Below the pieces are notes generated by a model. It saw only the letters and a program-made list of their open reading frames with translations, had not been told where the DNA came from and made no database searches. A stretch of 38,683 nt of DNA, from assembly GCA_000388065.2 (NCBI GenBank), contig KB932205.1. One strand, given 5' to 3'. Positions 24,209 through 35,265 of the stretch are shown piece by piece. Both the position numbers and the translations under genes were made by a program. The stretch comes from Fonticula alba ATCC 38817 (Eukaryota; Protista; Nucleariida). Positions within the stretch are counted from its first letter, which is position 1; the number at the start of each line of letters is the position of its first letter.

Positions 24209-25445
24209 GTTCAGACGTGTGGGGGGGGGGGGGGGGCAGGGGTGAGAGGCGAAATGTGTGTGCCGCGAAAGTTCATACCTGCGTGCGGGCCCCGACCAAT
24301 CCGATCGCGGGCCCCGCGCACTGTGGGAGAGGATCTCGGCAGGTGTTGTGGTGTACGCATGCGCTCGTACACACGTATGTACACACACACACACGCGCGC
24401 GCGCAGACACACACGCACAGACACACACGCACAGACACACATTCATATGCCGGCGGGGGTCGCGGCATGGGCGGGCCCATGCAACATGGGCGGCGGCCGG
24501 GTGGCCCCCCGCCCCCCCCGTCTTGCCCTGCCTTCGCCATGGGTCGTCTGTTCGGGAGCCTGCGCCTGCCCCTTGGTTGGTATGATGTTGCTTCGCCCAG
24601 CCGCAAGGCCGCGCCGGGAGCGGCGGCGGACGACAACCACAGAGAGTCAGCATCGCCGGAGGCCACCATTCGTTGCCCTTAGCAGGAGGACCTGGTCATG
24701 CAGGCCGACCGGCCACACGGCGGGGAGATTGTTATTGTTTTCATCCCAGGCTGGGGGGAGGGGGGATGCATCCAACCCATGGCGTCCGCTTGCCTTCACG
24801 TTCCCCCGCCCCCCCCCCCCCCCGGCCTGGGGGAGTGGCCCATGCGCGCCCACTCGCACGGCGCCTCTCCGAATCGGCCGGGGTCCCGAGCGATCGTGCA
24901 GGCCCGCCTGTGCCACCAGGATCGGGGGAACTTCCACGCGCCCGGTGCGTGTGCCCGCCCCTCCTAGGGCCGGGACGAGACCGGCTGGCGAGGCACCTCG
25001 GTTTCGTGTCGGCAGGGGGCGGGGGTTGCAGGGCCGCGTAAGCATCTGTCCCGTGGGACTTCCGGTGTGAGCTCTCGCGGCTACCAATGGATCGCGGCAC
25101 ATGGGCCGGCAGATCCATGGATTGGCACCTGGAGACTTTGCGCACCTGCATGTGCAGGCCGCCGGCGCCGCCCCCGGGCGGGGGGGGGGGGAGAGCATGG
25201 GGGCTTCTCGCCTCGCGGCTTTTTCAAAACTTCCCCCTCCCTGCTTCGTCCTCTTCTCTCGGCCCCTCTTTTCGCACCCTTGTCCGGATGCGATCGCAGC
25301 GCGATGCATCCTCCCACATGCGGGGGGATTCGTATGTCTGTTGTGTTGTCATATTTATGGGGCCGGCTGAACGGCTGCTCTGGCTATTGTGGGTGTGTGT
25401 GTGTGCGTGATTCGGCGCCGGCTTCGTGCGGGAGAATATACCCTG

Positions 25446-26942
25446 TCACTCTTGCTCAGCGGCCGAGGGCGGCGGGGGGGTGGTCGTGCGGGGGGCCTTC
25501 GCAGCGGGGGCAGTCCCGTTGTCGGCGCTCTCCAAGACACGCTTGGCCCCGGGGGTGGTGGTGGCGGCGGTGTCCTCCTCCAGGCCGGCAGGGCCGGCAG
25601 CATCAGTCCCCTGCGGCAGCACCAGCTGCCCCTCGGTGGTGGTCTCCCCCTCCAGGGGCTTCTGCAGCTTGCACTGAAGCCACATCCGGTACATGGTCAC
25701 CTTGCGGGCGCGGTTCACCAGCAGGCGTTGATCCATGGTATTCTGAAGGACAGTGAAGCCAGCTCCAGTGGCCAGGCGGTCCACTTCGGCCGACTCGAAG
25801 AAATACACGCAGGTCCCATCGCCGCGGACATAGAAGTTGTCCGACAGGTAGCGGTTCTTCTTGAACCGGAGCTGCGCCAAATCATGGCGACCATAGTCCC
25901 GGAAGAGAACCACACCGCCGGGCTTCAGGCAGGCATAGATCTTTCGGAAGACCCCATCCAACTGGGCAATCGGGATGGCGGACAGGACGAAGATGCACAC
26001 CACCACATCCACCGACCCGGGGGGCACATCCTCCGGGGGGAAGCACTCGCTCGGCTGGCCGCCATCGGTCAGATCGTGCACAAAGGCGTGCACCCGGCCG
26101 GCAGCCTCCTCCGGGGCGTATTGCGGCGTCGTCCGCACAACTTCCACAGCCGACTCGGCGAAGTCACACCCGAGCACGCGGAACTTCGGGTCGTCCACCG
26201 CGGCCAGCAGCGGGAAGATGGTGTTGCCGGCTCCGCAGCCGAGCTCGAACACGGTGAACCCCTCGGCCGGCTAGGGCATGGCGATGGCACACATCATGAG
26301 TAAGGCAACGCAAGGTGTGCGAATGGTGGCAATCCGTGGGAAGTCAACAGGGGTGCGCACAATGGTCTTGGGGAAGAGCTCCGGGAACTCCAGGGCGAGC
26401 CAATGCCGGTCCTTGAAGAACCGGTCCTCATGCTGCTTGTAAAAGGTGTCCCAGTACTGACTGGCATTGGTGATGTAATCCTCTGGGGAATGTGCACACG
26501 CGAGAGGGGGCAGGAGGCAGGGGGGGGGGGGGGGAAAAGAGAGAGAGAGAGAAGGAGAGGGGGCAGATGGCCCGGAAGCAGGGCAAGGTAGGAAGGGTCA
26601 GTTGCATGAGGACGCCCTGGCGGCCGGTGTGGTGCGAGGCTCAGGTCTACACGCACCGGCCTTATCCTGGACCACCGGGGCTTGCTTCTGCTGCTCCACA
26701 ATGGACAAGGCATTGTCGATCTGCTCCTGTGTCCAATCGACATTGTCCCAGGCATTCTGGGAGAAAATGTCCTGTCCGGATTCTTCCACGGCACCGAGAG
26801 TGCGGTTGCCGAACTTCTCCAAACTGCTCGTGGTCTTGGGGACTGGGGTGGCCAGCGTCTCGGCAGCAGGGCCGGCGGCGGTGGTAGAAGGACCGGCAGC
26901 GGGGCCGGCATCTGGCGCCGGGGGGACAGGCTCCTGGGGCAT
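25446..26942 (-). CDS. METTL2: tRNA m3C32 methyltransferase, METTL2/Trm140 type (410 aa)
   Basis: Exons 26942-26657, 26482-26361, 26270-25446. N-terminal FGNR...[11 protein letters not shown] (METTL2/Trm140-type), [28 protein letters not shown] motif [59 protein letters not shown]. Confidence 0.93.
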
Positions 26943-27240
26943 GATGGTGCACGTGCAGGATAAGGCGAAGAGGAAGGAAAAAATGACAGGCGGAGGGGAG
27001 AGGTGTGCCCGAGGGACGCTCTCCTCGGCGCCGGAGGCGTCTGGCCGAAAGATCCCGCTGGTGTTGGTGCTGTTTCTGCCGACGGCCGCGGGGCGGGCCA
27101 CGCTGCCATGATCCCCCCCCCCCGCCTCCATGGCCCAGGGAAGATCGAGATTGCCCCCCCCCCCCCCCTCCGTTGCTGTTTGCGCGCGCGGGGCAAGCAC
27201 AATGCGCGTGGGCTGCGGCGGTCCGTGTGGGTGTATTCGC

Positions 27241-28167
27241 TTAGGCCGAACCGTTGGCAGTTGCGACATGCTCGGCGGCGGCCGCCGCCGCGGCGACCGC
27301 AGCGGCCCGGTCCTCGGAGGCCTCGATCTCGTCCAGGTTGTGGATCCCCAGAGCGGGCTGCTCATTGATGGAGTCAAGCGCGACATTGGTCGAGGCAAAG
27401 ATGTCCTGGATGTCATTGAGCGAGGCGATGTCCAGCAGGCCGCAGTCCAGCGCCGCAGCCAGGGACCGCTGCGGCAGCAGGGACAGCAGAGCGTCCCGGT
27501 GGCGCTCGGCGCTCAGGAACTGCCGGAAGGCCGAGGGCTCGGTCCGGGGGAACCAGAAGTTCCGGATTTGCTGGTCCGCCTCGGACAAAGTGAAGGGGCT
27601 GCTGGACATGGCCGAGTTGGGGACGGAATTCAGGGCGCTCAGGACCGGGAGGACCTGATTGCGCAGGGCTCGCGTGGTGGCCGGGGCCACGGGGATCGGG
27701 TGCATCGCCTGTGACACGATGTACGCGATGGAGGGCAGGCACTGATTGATGTCGATGGCCACTGAATGTGCGGGTGCATGCGCGCATGTGCATGTGTGAG
27801 AGGATGGGAGACCGGCGGGAAAGAAGACCGGCGGGAAAGAAGACCGGCGAAATGGGGTGATGCTGTGGCGGGCCGTAAAGCGGNNNNNNNNNNNNNNNNN
27901 NNNNNNNNNNNNNNNNNNNNNNNNNNNNNNNNNNNNNNNNNNNNNNNNNNNNNNNNNNNNNNNNNNNNNNNNNNNNNNNNNNNNNNNNNNNNNNNNNNNN
28001 NNNNNNNNNNNNNNNNNNNNNNNNNNNNNNNNNNGAAGCCGTGCGACGTGACACCCTTGGTGACGTGGATGCCTAGGCGGGCAGAGCACAGGCGCTGTTT
28101 AGTAAGGATACCACATGGAAAGGAGCCATACGCAAACATGTGCCGATATATATATATATATATATAC

Positions 28168-28204
<37 letters not shown>

Positions 28205-29169
28205 CGGAAAATGCCGCGTACCCAGGGCGGCCACCTTACGCAGGCCGTCCAGTGTCCAGACCCCCGGATCGTCAGTCATCATGGTCGGCACGCAAAAGAG
28301 CCGCGAGCCGGTGGAGAGGGAGTCCTCCAGCCGGCGGACATAGCCGCGCAGGCTGGCATCCTGCGTGTGGGGGCGACCGTCGACAGGAGGATGCGTCAAG
28401 GGTGAGTCGACCACGGACGGGGTTCATGCGATTTGGATGCGCTCAATACCCCCCCCCCCGTCGCCCACATGGGAAGAGAAAATAAAGGAAAGAAAAGGCG
28501 CGCGCCCCCCCAGACCGTTCAGGTCCAGGATCGGATAGCCAACCAACTGGCCTGGTCCATGGAAAGTGATGTGGCCACCCCGATCAATCTACCGGATGCA
28601 TATTTGCGAGGATACATACATGTATGTGTGCGTGTGTGTGCGCGCACACACGAATGCAAATAGATACACAGATGCATGGGATTCAGTGGGCAAGAGGATG
28701 TCAGTCAGGGAGAAGAGAAGCGGAGGAATGTAGGTCCGCAGGGACGAAAGACAGGGGGGGGGGCACTTGCGCACCTGGTAGTAGTCCGAGCCGAGGGAAA
28801 CCAGACGCTCAGCCTCCGTGCGGCGCTCCTGGCGCAGGCCCGGCGCCTTGAGCCGGCGCCCGGCCGCATAGGTGGGCGGGTGCTCCAGAAGCAGGAGGAA
28901 GTTCGGGAAGTTCGGCGACACCGGCCGGTCCAGGCCGCTCTGGTCGTGCATCGACCGGAAGCCCGGGTCCCGCTGCGGAAGGTTGGCCGCCTCGATCGAG
29001 GCCACCAGGCGCGTGGACTATGCATGTGCATAGGATGTCAGCGGGAAGGACGCGGGGAATGGGTGCCAGGGAGCAAAGCCGTCCAACGCACCAGCTTGGT
29101 CTGGAGGGACAGGGCACGCGCATACTGGACGCGGCCCAGCCAGAGGGGGATCAACGGGCGAGCGGACAT
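27241..29169 (-). CDS. LIPT2: Octanoyltransferase LipB/LIPT2 (partly in N-gap 27884-28034)
   Basis: Exons 29169-29092, 29017-28775, 28588-about 28469 (or 28511), 28360-28222, 28072-gap, and a last exon 27761-27241. Motifs [60 protein letters not shown]...RKVAALGIHV...VTSHGF. The catalytic-Cys region presumably falls in the gap. Confidence 0.92.
27809..27852 (+). repeat. About 2.5 copies of a 16-mer AGACCGGCGGGAAAGA near the gap edge in LIPT2
   Basis: 27809-27824, 27825-27840, and a partial copy from 27841. Confidence 0.8.
28146..28200 (+). repeat. Compound (TA)n(TG)n microsatellite in a LIPT2 intron
   Basis: Direct reading of the sequence. Confidence 0.9.
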
Positions 29170-29982
29170 TGCGCTCGGAGAAGCTCAACGGGAGGGGAAG
29201 GACACAGGAGGGCAGGGAGAAGGGGGGACTTCTGCTCCAGTGAGAAGAATGGGGGGGGGGGGGGGGGGGCATGGCGCCTGACGGGGGGACCCCCGCCGGC
29301 TGGGCGGCCTTTGAAGGGAAGTTGCTGATCGCCGGCGGGGCGCGCTGCTGGAGTCAGCATCGGCCCGGGTCGGCAGCCGGACGATCGCCCGGGCCCCACA
29401 TCTTGGGGTTCCCTGTGGAGGGGGGGGGGGGGCCGAGTCGCAGGGGCGAGCAAGCGCAGCCCACACAAGATCCCCTTTGGGCGCGGTCACACAGGCTCCC
29501 TGTGGCGACGCCCCCCCCCCCCAGTGGGGCGCAGGGCCCGCGCTTCAAGCCAGGTGGCTGGGGGGAGAGGCGCTGGGGAGAAGGCGTCCAGGCGGCCCCC
29601 CACGATTGGGGCCGGGTATATTGGGGCCGATCGGCCGGCATGAACACGTGCTCGGACGCGACGATCTCCAATAGCAGAGTGCTGGGCGGTGGGGGTCTCC
29701 GATCGGCCGGTGCGTGTGCCCAAGTGGGGGGGGGGGGGAAGGCCCGCTGCAAGTTCGATGTCCCCTCTGGCTTGGAAATTCACGGCACCCTGCTCGGCAG
29801 GGCAGCCTGAGCCAGATCTCTCAAGCGGGACCAGGCTGGCATCGCCCTGGCTGGTACCAAGGACACGCCAGACTCGCTTGCCCCTCTCCTCCCTGCCATC
29901 TCGGTGTATTTTTCTCCATTCGCCGCTCCCTCCCGGGCACTTTGCTTCGGTCTCGCTTCTTCCCCCTGCTACCCTCCCAAAA
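29170..29982. promoter_or_regulatory. Putative bidirectional promoter between LIPT2 and COX19 with duplicated CCAAT-containing 10-mer
   Basis: The two ATGs are 813 bp apart, head-to-head. ATTGGGGCCG occurs at 29605-29614 and 29620-29629. Confidence 0.45.
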
Positions 29983-30577
29983 ATGAACATGCAAACGGTT
30001 GGCTCCTCCACCCAGCGCTCGCCACCCGAGCGCGGGAGCTTCCCCCTGGATCGGACTGGTGCGCCTGACCATGTTTGTGTCATTCTGGGCCCTGCCCCCC
30101 CTCCCACACACAGACACACATACACACACACACATATGCTGACCGCTGCCCGCCTCTCTCCTCGCCCCTCCCTACTGAAGATGCCTGCCGCTTGGCTATG
30201 TCGCTGTACATGGACTGCCTGCGGGAGGCGGCCAACGACACGTCCAAGTGCCGAGACCTGGCCCAGTCATACCTTGAGTGCCGCATGAACACGTACGCCC
30301 GCCGGCGTTTTGCCTGATCGCCCGTGTCTTCCCTTTCTCGTATTCCGCATCCTCCGTGGTCCTCTGCCCGCATTGACCGTGCCTGCGCCGTATGCGTCTC
30401 TCTCTCTCTCTCTCTTGCAACACATGGCCTGGTAATCCGCACAGCGGGCTCATGGAGAAGGACAACATGTCCAACCTTGGCTTCAAGGACAATGCGGCGG
30501 CCAGTGCGCCGACCGACGAGGCTGCCTGCACGTCGTCTTCCAGCACACCGACCGAAGCTGCGGCCCCCGGGTCGTAA
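29983..30577 (+). CDS. COX19: Cytochrome c oxidase assembly factor COX19, twin CX9C (106 aa)
   Basis: Exons 29983-30058, 30181-30292, 30445-30577 give PPERGSFPLD...CRLAMSLYMDC...CRDLAQSYLECRM..GLMEKDNMSNLGF. Confidence 0.95.
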
Positions 30578-30692
30578 TCACTTGCTGCACCTCTCTCTCT
30601 CTCTCTCTCTCCCACCCCCCCCTCTCTCTCTTTCGCTGCTAGCTCTCCACTCCTTCCTTCGCTGTCCTGCCTCACCTCATTTTAGACCCTGA

Positions 30693-30698
30693 GAATAA
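30693..30698 (+). terminator. Candidate polyadenylation signal AATAAA of COX19
   Basis: AATAAA about 115 nt after the stop codon, following a pyrimidine-rich 3' UTR, in a very GC-rich background. Confidence 0.45.
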
Positions 30699-30901
30699 AG
30701 CCACCCCCTCTCCTTGCCTCCCCCTGCCGCCCAACTCGTGCTTCGCCAGTCCGGCTATCAGCCCGACTCCAGGTGGAAAGGCACCCCCCCCCCCCCCCGG
30801 CCAGCCCCCAGCTAGCGCCCCATCAAGCCCCGGCGAAATACGCGAAGATGGCAAGGGCCGAAAGGTGCATTGTTGCTCGGGCAAAAGTTCGCCGCGTGTG
30901 C

Positions 30902-32356
30902 TCACCCCCCATCGATCCCCGGGGCCTGGCGCGCGGCCATCGACCGCAGAGTAATTTGAAAGGAAGTCGGCAGCAGCGAGGGTGGCATGTGCGCCCGGAC
31001 AAAGGGGTCCTCGAAGACCAAGTCCTTGACCGTGGGCCTGCGAGTGCGCACACTGAGGCATCGGCCGATGAAGGCCTTGACCTCTGGGGACACGGGAATC
31101 CCCGGGGGGAAGGCCAGTGCCTGCCCGGCAACCAGAACCACCGGGACCGGTGTGTCAGAGCCGGAGGCCGGGCCCCCCGGCGTCGAGAGCTCGGCCGCCC
31201 GCTGTCGGGCCTCCCAGTCCAGGCGGCGCATGGCCCGGCGGTCCTGGCCGGCGCGGGCCACCCGGGCCTGGAAGAAGTCCTCCTGCCGGACCCCCTGGCC
31301 GAAGGGCTTCTGCCCGAAGAGCAGTTGGTAGAGGATGCACCCGAGGGACCAGACGTCGACCTTGGTGCAGATACGCGGCGGGCTGGCGGCCAAGATGCCG
31401 GTGGCCGGGTTCCGGGGCCGGCCCGGAGTGGCGACCGGGGCGGGGGCGGGGGCGGCGGCGGGGGCGGCGGCGGCGGCGGCCGCTGGCACCTGGCCGGCAG
31501 GCAGCATGGGGCTCAAGGGGGGTGGCTCGGTGTCGGCGGCGTCGGCGGCCGCGGCTCGTAGCTCCTCCCTTCGCGGGGTGTAGCACTCGGGCGGCAGGTA
31601 CCAATGTGTCCCGGCGCCGATGCTGGTAAGCTCCACCCCATCGTCCTCATCCTCGGCCGCGGACCGGGGGATGGGCTCGGTGGCGAGACCCGTTGCCGAT
31701 TGGCCGTCTGGCAGCAGGGCCATGGGCCGGCCTTCCGGGGTCTCCTGGAGGATTTTGGCCAGGCCAAAGTCCGCGATCAGGGCGCGCCCATGGTTCAGCA
31801 GGATGTTGGCCGGCTTCAGGTCATAGTGGACGACGGCCAAGTGGCGGCCATCCGGCTGCCGGGCGCTCAGATAGCACAGCCCGGCCAGGATCTGCATGGC
31901 ATAGGCCACGGCCTCCGGCTCGGGGAGGCAGCCCCGCCGGCGGAGGAGTTGATCCAGGTCGCCGTCCTGACACAGCTGCATCACCATGCAGTAGGCATCC
32001 GGGGCGAAGGGGAAGACGTCGTACATGCGCACCAGGCGCGGCCCGGAGAAGGCTCGGAGGATCTGCACCTCGCGCCGGGTGTGGCGGAGAAAGGCCTCCC
32101 GGCGTGCGGGCGACCATGCCGGGTCCAATTGGTGGATCTTGCAAGCGACCTCGACCCCGGTGCGCAGGTCGCGCGCCTGATACACCTCGCTGAAGCCTCC
32201 CCGGCCGAGGAGCTTCAGCAGCAGGTACCTGCCCTGGAGAACCGGGAAGTCGTTGAAGCGCGAGGCGTCTTCGGCGGCGATTCGCTGCTCCTCGCGCATT
32301 GCCTCCCCGAGCTCCAGGTCCAAGGCGCGCCTGCGCCGGAGGATATCCTCGATGAG

Positions 32357-32395
<39 letters not shown>

Positions 32396-33250
32396 ACAGA
32401 GGGGGAGCATGCATGTGTTTTCCGGGTGGGTGTAGCCATGGGGAAGGCGGACGGGCCAAGGTGGTGGATCGTGGCGGTGACCAATGGATTGCAAGGATCG
32501 AGATGTCAGAATAGGCTAGATGTGAGGGGAGATTCCCCGCGCGAAACCAACCCCCATCCTTCCTCCCCTTCTTCCCCCTTTCTCAGGCGTTTTTGGCTGA
32601 TACAAGAATATGGACCGGCCCGAGGGCGGAGGAAGGGGGAGGGAGATAATCCCGGACGGACCTCGGATACCTGAAGGATCTCGTTGCGGCACTGTTCGAT
32701 GTTTTCCTGGATTTGCTCGATATGCCGAAGGCTGGCCACTGACACGCCGCCCTCGTGCATCAAAGCGTCCACCGTGCGCAGGGCCAGCCCGCCAAAAGAG
32801 GGTTGCTGGCGGCCTGCCGGTGGGCTGGCAGCCGGGCAGGGCGCCTGGCCGTGGGGCAGCCCCGACAGGCCAATGTGTACATTGCCCAGAGGCGAGCGTG
32901 CGTGGAGTTGGTCCAAAACACACTGCATGGCCTCCAGCGCGTCCAGCAGGGCACCCCGGCGCTGGACAGCGGCAGTTTCTTCCTGGAGGATTTGGGCGAA
33001 CTCGCTGCCCACCAGCCAGGAGCCCGGGCGCTCGGCTTCCCGGCGGCCAGACGGCCGCCGCTGGCCGAGGCGAAGGAAGTTGGCATCACGCCGCCGGCGT
33101 GCCTCAGCCCGCTCGGCCAGAGTGCGCTCGCGGAGAAGCGCGCACAAGGCCTGCTCCGGGTTCGGGAGATCGGCAATGCGAACAGTCTGTTGCCCGGGAG
33201 GGTGTCCGGTCGCCCACCGGCACTGAGAGGTATGATGCTGCAGGAACGAG

Positions 33251-33303
<53 letters not shown>

Positions 33304-35004
33304 ATGTTGCAGTGGAGAAAGTGGCTGTCCGGGATAGGGGTACTGGCAGGCTGAAAGGTCGATGCCGGCAGCCATGGGCGGCGCCAGCATGAGCCCTGGG
33401 TGAGGCACCTTAGGGGAGGGGCGCGTGGGCGAGGCGGGGCCCATGCCCCGGAGCGGGGACACCGGGGTGCCGCGCGGCGGGGACATCGGTACCCCACGCA
33501 CCGGCGTCACTGGGGCCCCGCATCCCGGGGCCAGGGGTCCCCCCCGCACTGGGGTCAGGGGTGTGCAGCGGCTTCGGGCGGCGGGCACGCCTCGAGTCGG
33601 GGTAGAGGGCGGGGCTGGCCCGCGAGCCGGGGTGGGAGGCGCCCCCGGTGGCGACTGTGCCGTCCGATGCGCCTCCCATCGGGGCGGGATGTCGGTCCTT
33701 TGGCAGAGGCCCTCCAATGGCATGCGATCCCCGGGGGAGGCGATGCTCAAGGCCTCCTCGATGTCCTTCAAGAAGGAGTCCATCGACGCGTCACTGGTAA
33801 AGAGGGCCGGCAGTCGGCCGGCCGCCGGGGGGGCCTTGTCCCGGGACCGGACCCCGGCGCGCTGTTGCGAAAAGAGCGACCGGCGAACGGTGGACCCTGG
33901 CCGACGAGCGGGACTAGTCGCGGCGAGGCGGCGCATTGGGGGGCCTTCAGGCGATCGCGGCTCGGCCGAGCCGGTGAAAGTGACCACATTCTCGGTCGGA
34001 CCATGGTCGATGGCGCCCCCGGTGCCTTGAAGCAGGGATGCTGCCTGAAGTCGCTCATTGAGCCCATCGGTCAGAAGGGGCCCATGATGGTATGCCAGCG
34101 GCTGCCGGCCAGACTGCAGGAGGTCGCCGCCAGATGTGCCAGCACGTAGGAGCACCTCTGCGGAGGAGGAAGTCACCGGGGTGGGATCCGCGAGCAGGAG
34201 CGTCTGCATATGCGTCCGATGGGAGGTCGTGCGCTGACCCGGCCCGGGGAAGAGCATCTGCGAGTGGGTGTGGGGCTGTTGCCGAGGTTGCTGATGGGGC
34301 TGGTGCTGCGGCATGTGATGGAGCTGGACCTGGCGCAGGCTCATGGGCCCCTGCTGGGTGGCATGGTGGCGGCCTGGCCTGGCGGATGAGGGGCTTTCCG
34401 CATGGAAGACAGGCGCGCGCACGGCCGGCGGCACGGCGGCCGGCTCGATTGGCTGTGGCGGGGTTGTGGGCTGGGGAGGAGTCGGCGGGGAGGCCGGCCG
34501 CCGGGGGGAGTGCGTGGGAGACCGGGAAAAGACCAATGCCCGGGTTTGGGCATGGCGCGCTGGCCGAGGGGATGGCCGGGTGTCCGGCATCATGGTGGCA
34601 TCTTCATGTGTGGCCTGCGGGCCGGGCGGGGGAGATGTCATGTTCACCGGCCGCGGCCGAGGGGCGGGGGCAGTGGAAGTGGATGTCGAGGCGTCGGAGT
34701 CCTCCAATAAGAAGTCAGCCAAGACCGGCGCCCCCGGGGGCGAACCCAAAGTCGTGGCCGAGGGAGACAAGGTGACAAGGCCGTGCCCGGTGTAGGTGTG
34801 CCCGAGCAGCAGGTGGGCCCGGGGCAGGGGTTCTGCAGGAGTGGCGAGGGGCGGGGGGGNNNNNNNNNNCTCCGGAGCCGAGTGGCACGTGTGTGGTGGT
34901 GGTGGCGGTGGGGACGGCGGCAGAGGGAGCGCACGATCGGTCACGGCTGGGCCACTTATGCCGGGAGCCGGTGAGGATGGATGGTGTGATTGGAGTTGCT
35001 GCAT
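30902..35004 (-). CDS. TLK: Tousled-like Ser/Thr kinase with long low-complexity N-terminus (about 1228 aa)
   Basis: Exons 35004-34935, 34832-32671, 32356-30902 (intron 1 spans a 10-N gap). TLK-specific RFNDFPVLQGRYLLLKLLGRGGFSEVY...ACKIHQL...W...H..RE, VHYDLKPANILL, DFGLAKI, GAGTHWYLPPEC, KVDVWSLG...QLLFGQKPFG. An upstream coiled-coil with FLRLG...W..G..F is also present. Confidence 0.9.
33253..33303 (-). repeat. Pure (CAG)17 encoding polyQ in TLK
   Basis: Uninterrupted CTG run on the plus strand inside the TLK reading frame. Confidence 0.9.
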
Positions 35005-35227
35005 GGCTGGAGCCAGCGCGAGACAGACCTGGCGCGAGGGGCGAGAGCGGCGTGGGGAGGAGAGAAGGGCAAAAGTGGCAGGCAAGGCGAGAAGGGGAGA
35101 TGGGGCTCGGCGGGCTTGGCTGCAGCATGGGCTCGAGGATGGTAGTGGTGGCGTGGCAGTGGCAGGGGCGGGAGGGGGTGGTGGGGCACGCCTGGCCGCT
35201 CATGCGATTTTGGCATGGCCTTCGAAG

Positions 35228-35265
35228 AATGTGCCATGGAAATGTGCCACGGAAATGTGCCAGGA
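35228..35265 (+). repeat. Three tandem copies of AATGTGCCA(T/C/-)GGA upstream of TLK
   Basis: 35228-35240 AATGTGCCATGGA, 35241-35253 AATGTGCCACGGA, 35254-35265 AATGTGCCAGGA. Confidence 0.85.

Noticed and set aside
24680-25200. Plus-strand peptide EIVIVFIPGWG resembling an alpha/beta-hydrolase strand
   Set aside because: No nucleophile motif or consistent exon chain was found, and the match is too short.
32357-32670. TLK intron donor GTATCC resembling U12 type
   Set aside because: Positions +7/+8 are GA rather than TT, and there is no TCCTTAAC branch near the acceptor, so I treat it as U2.
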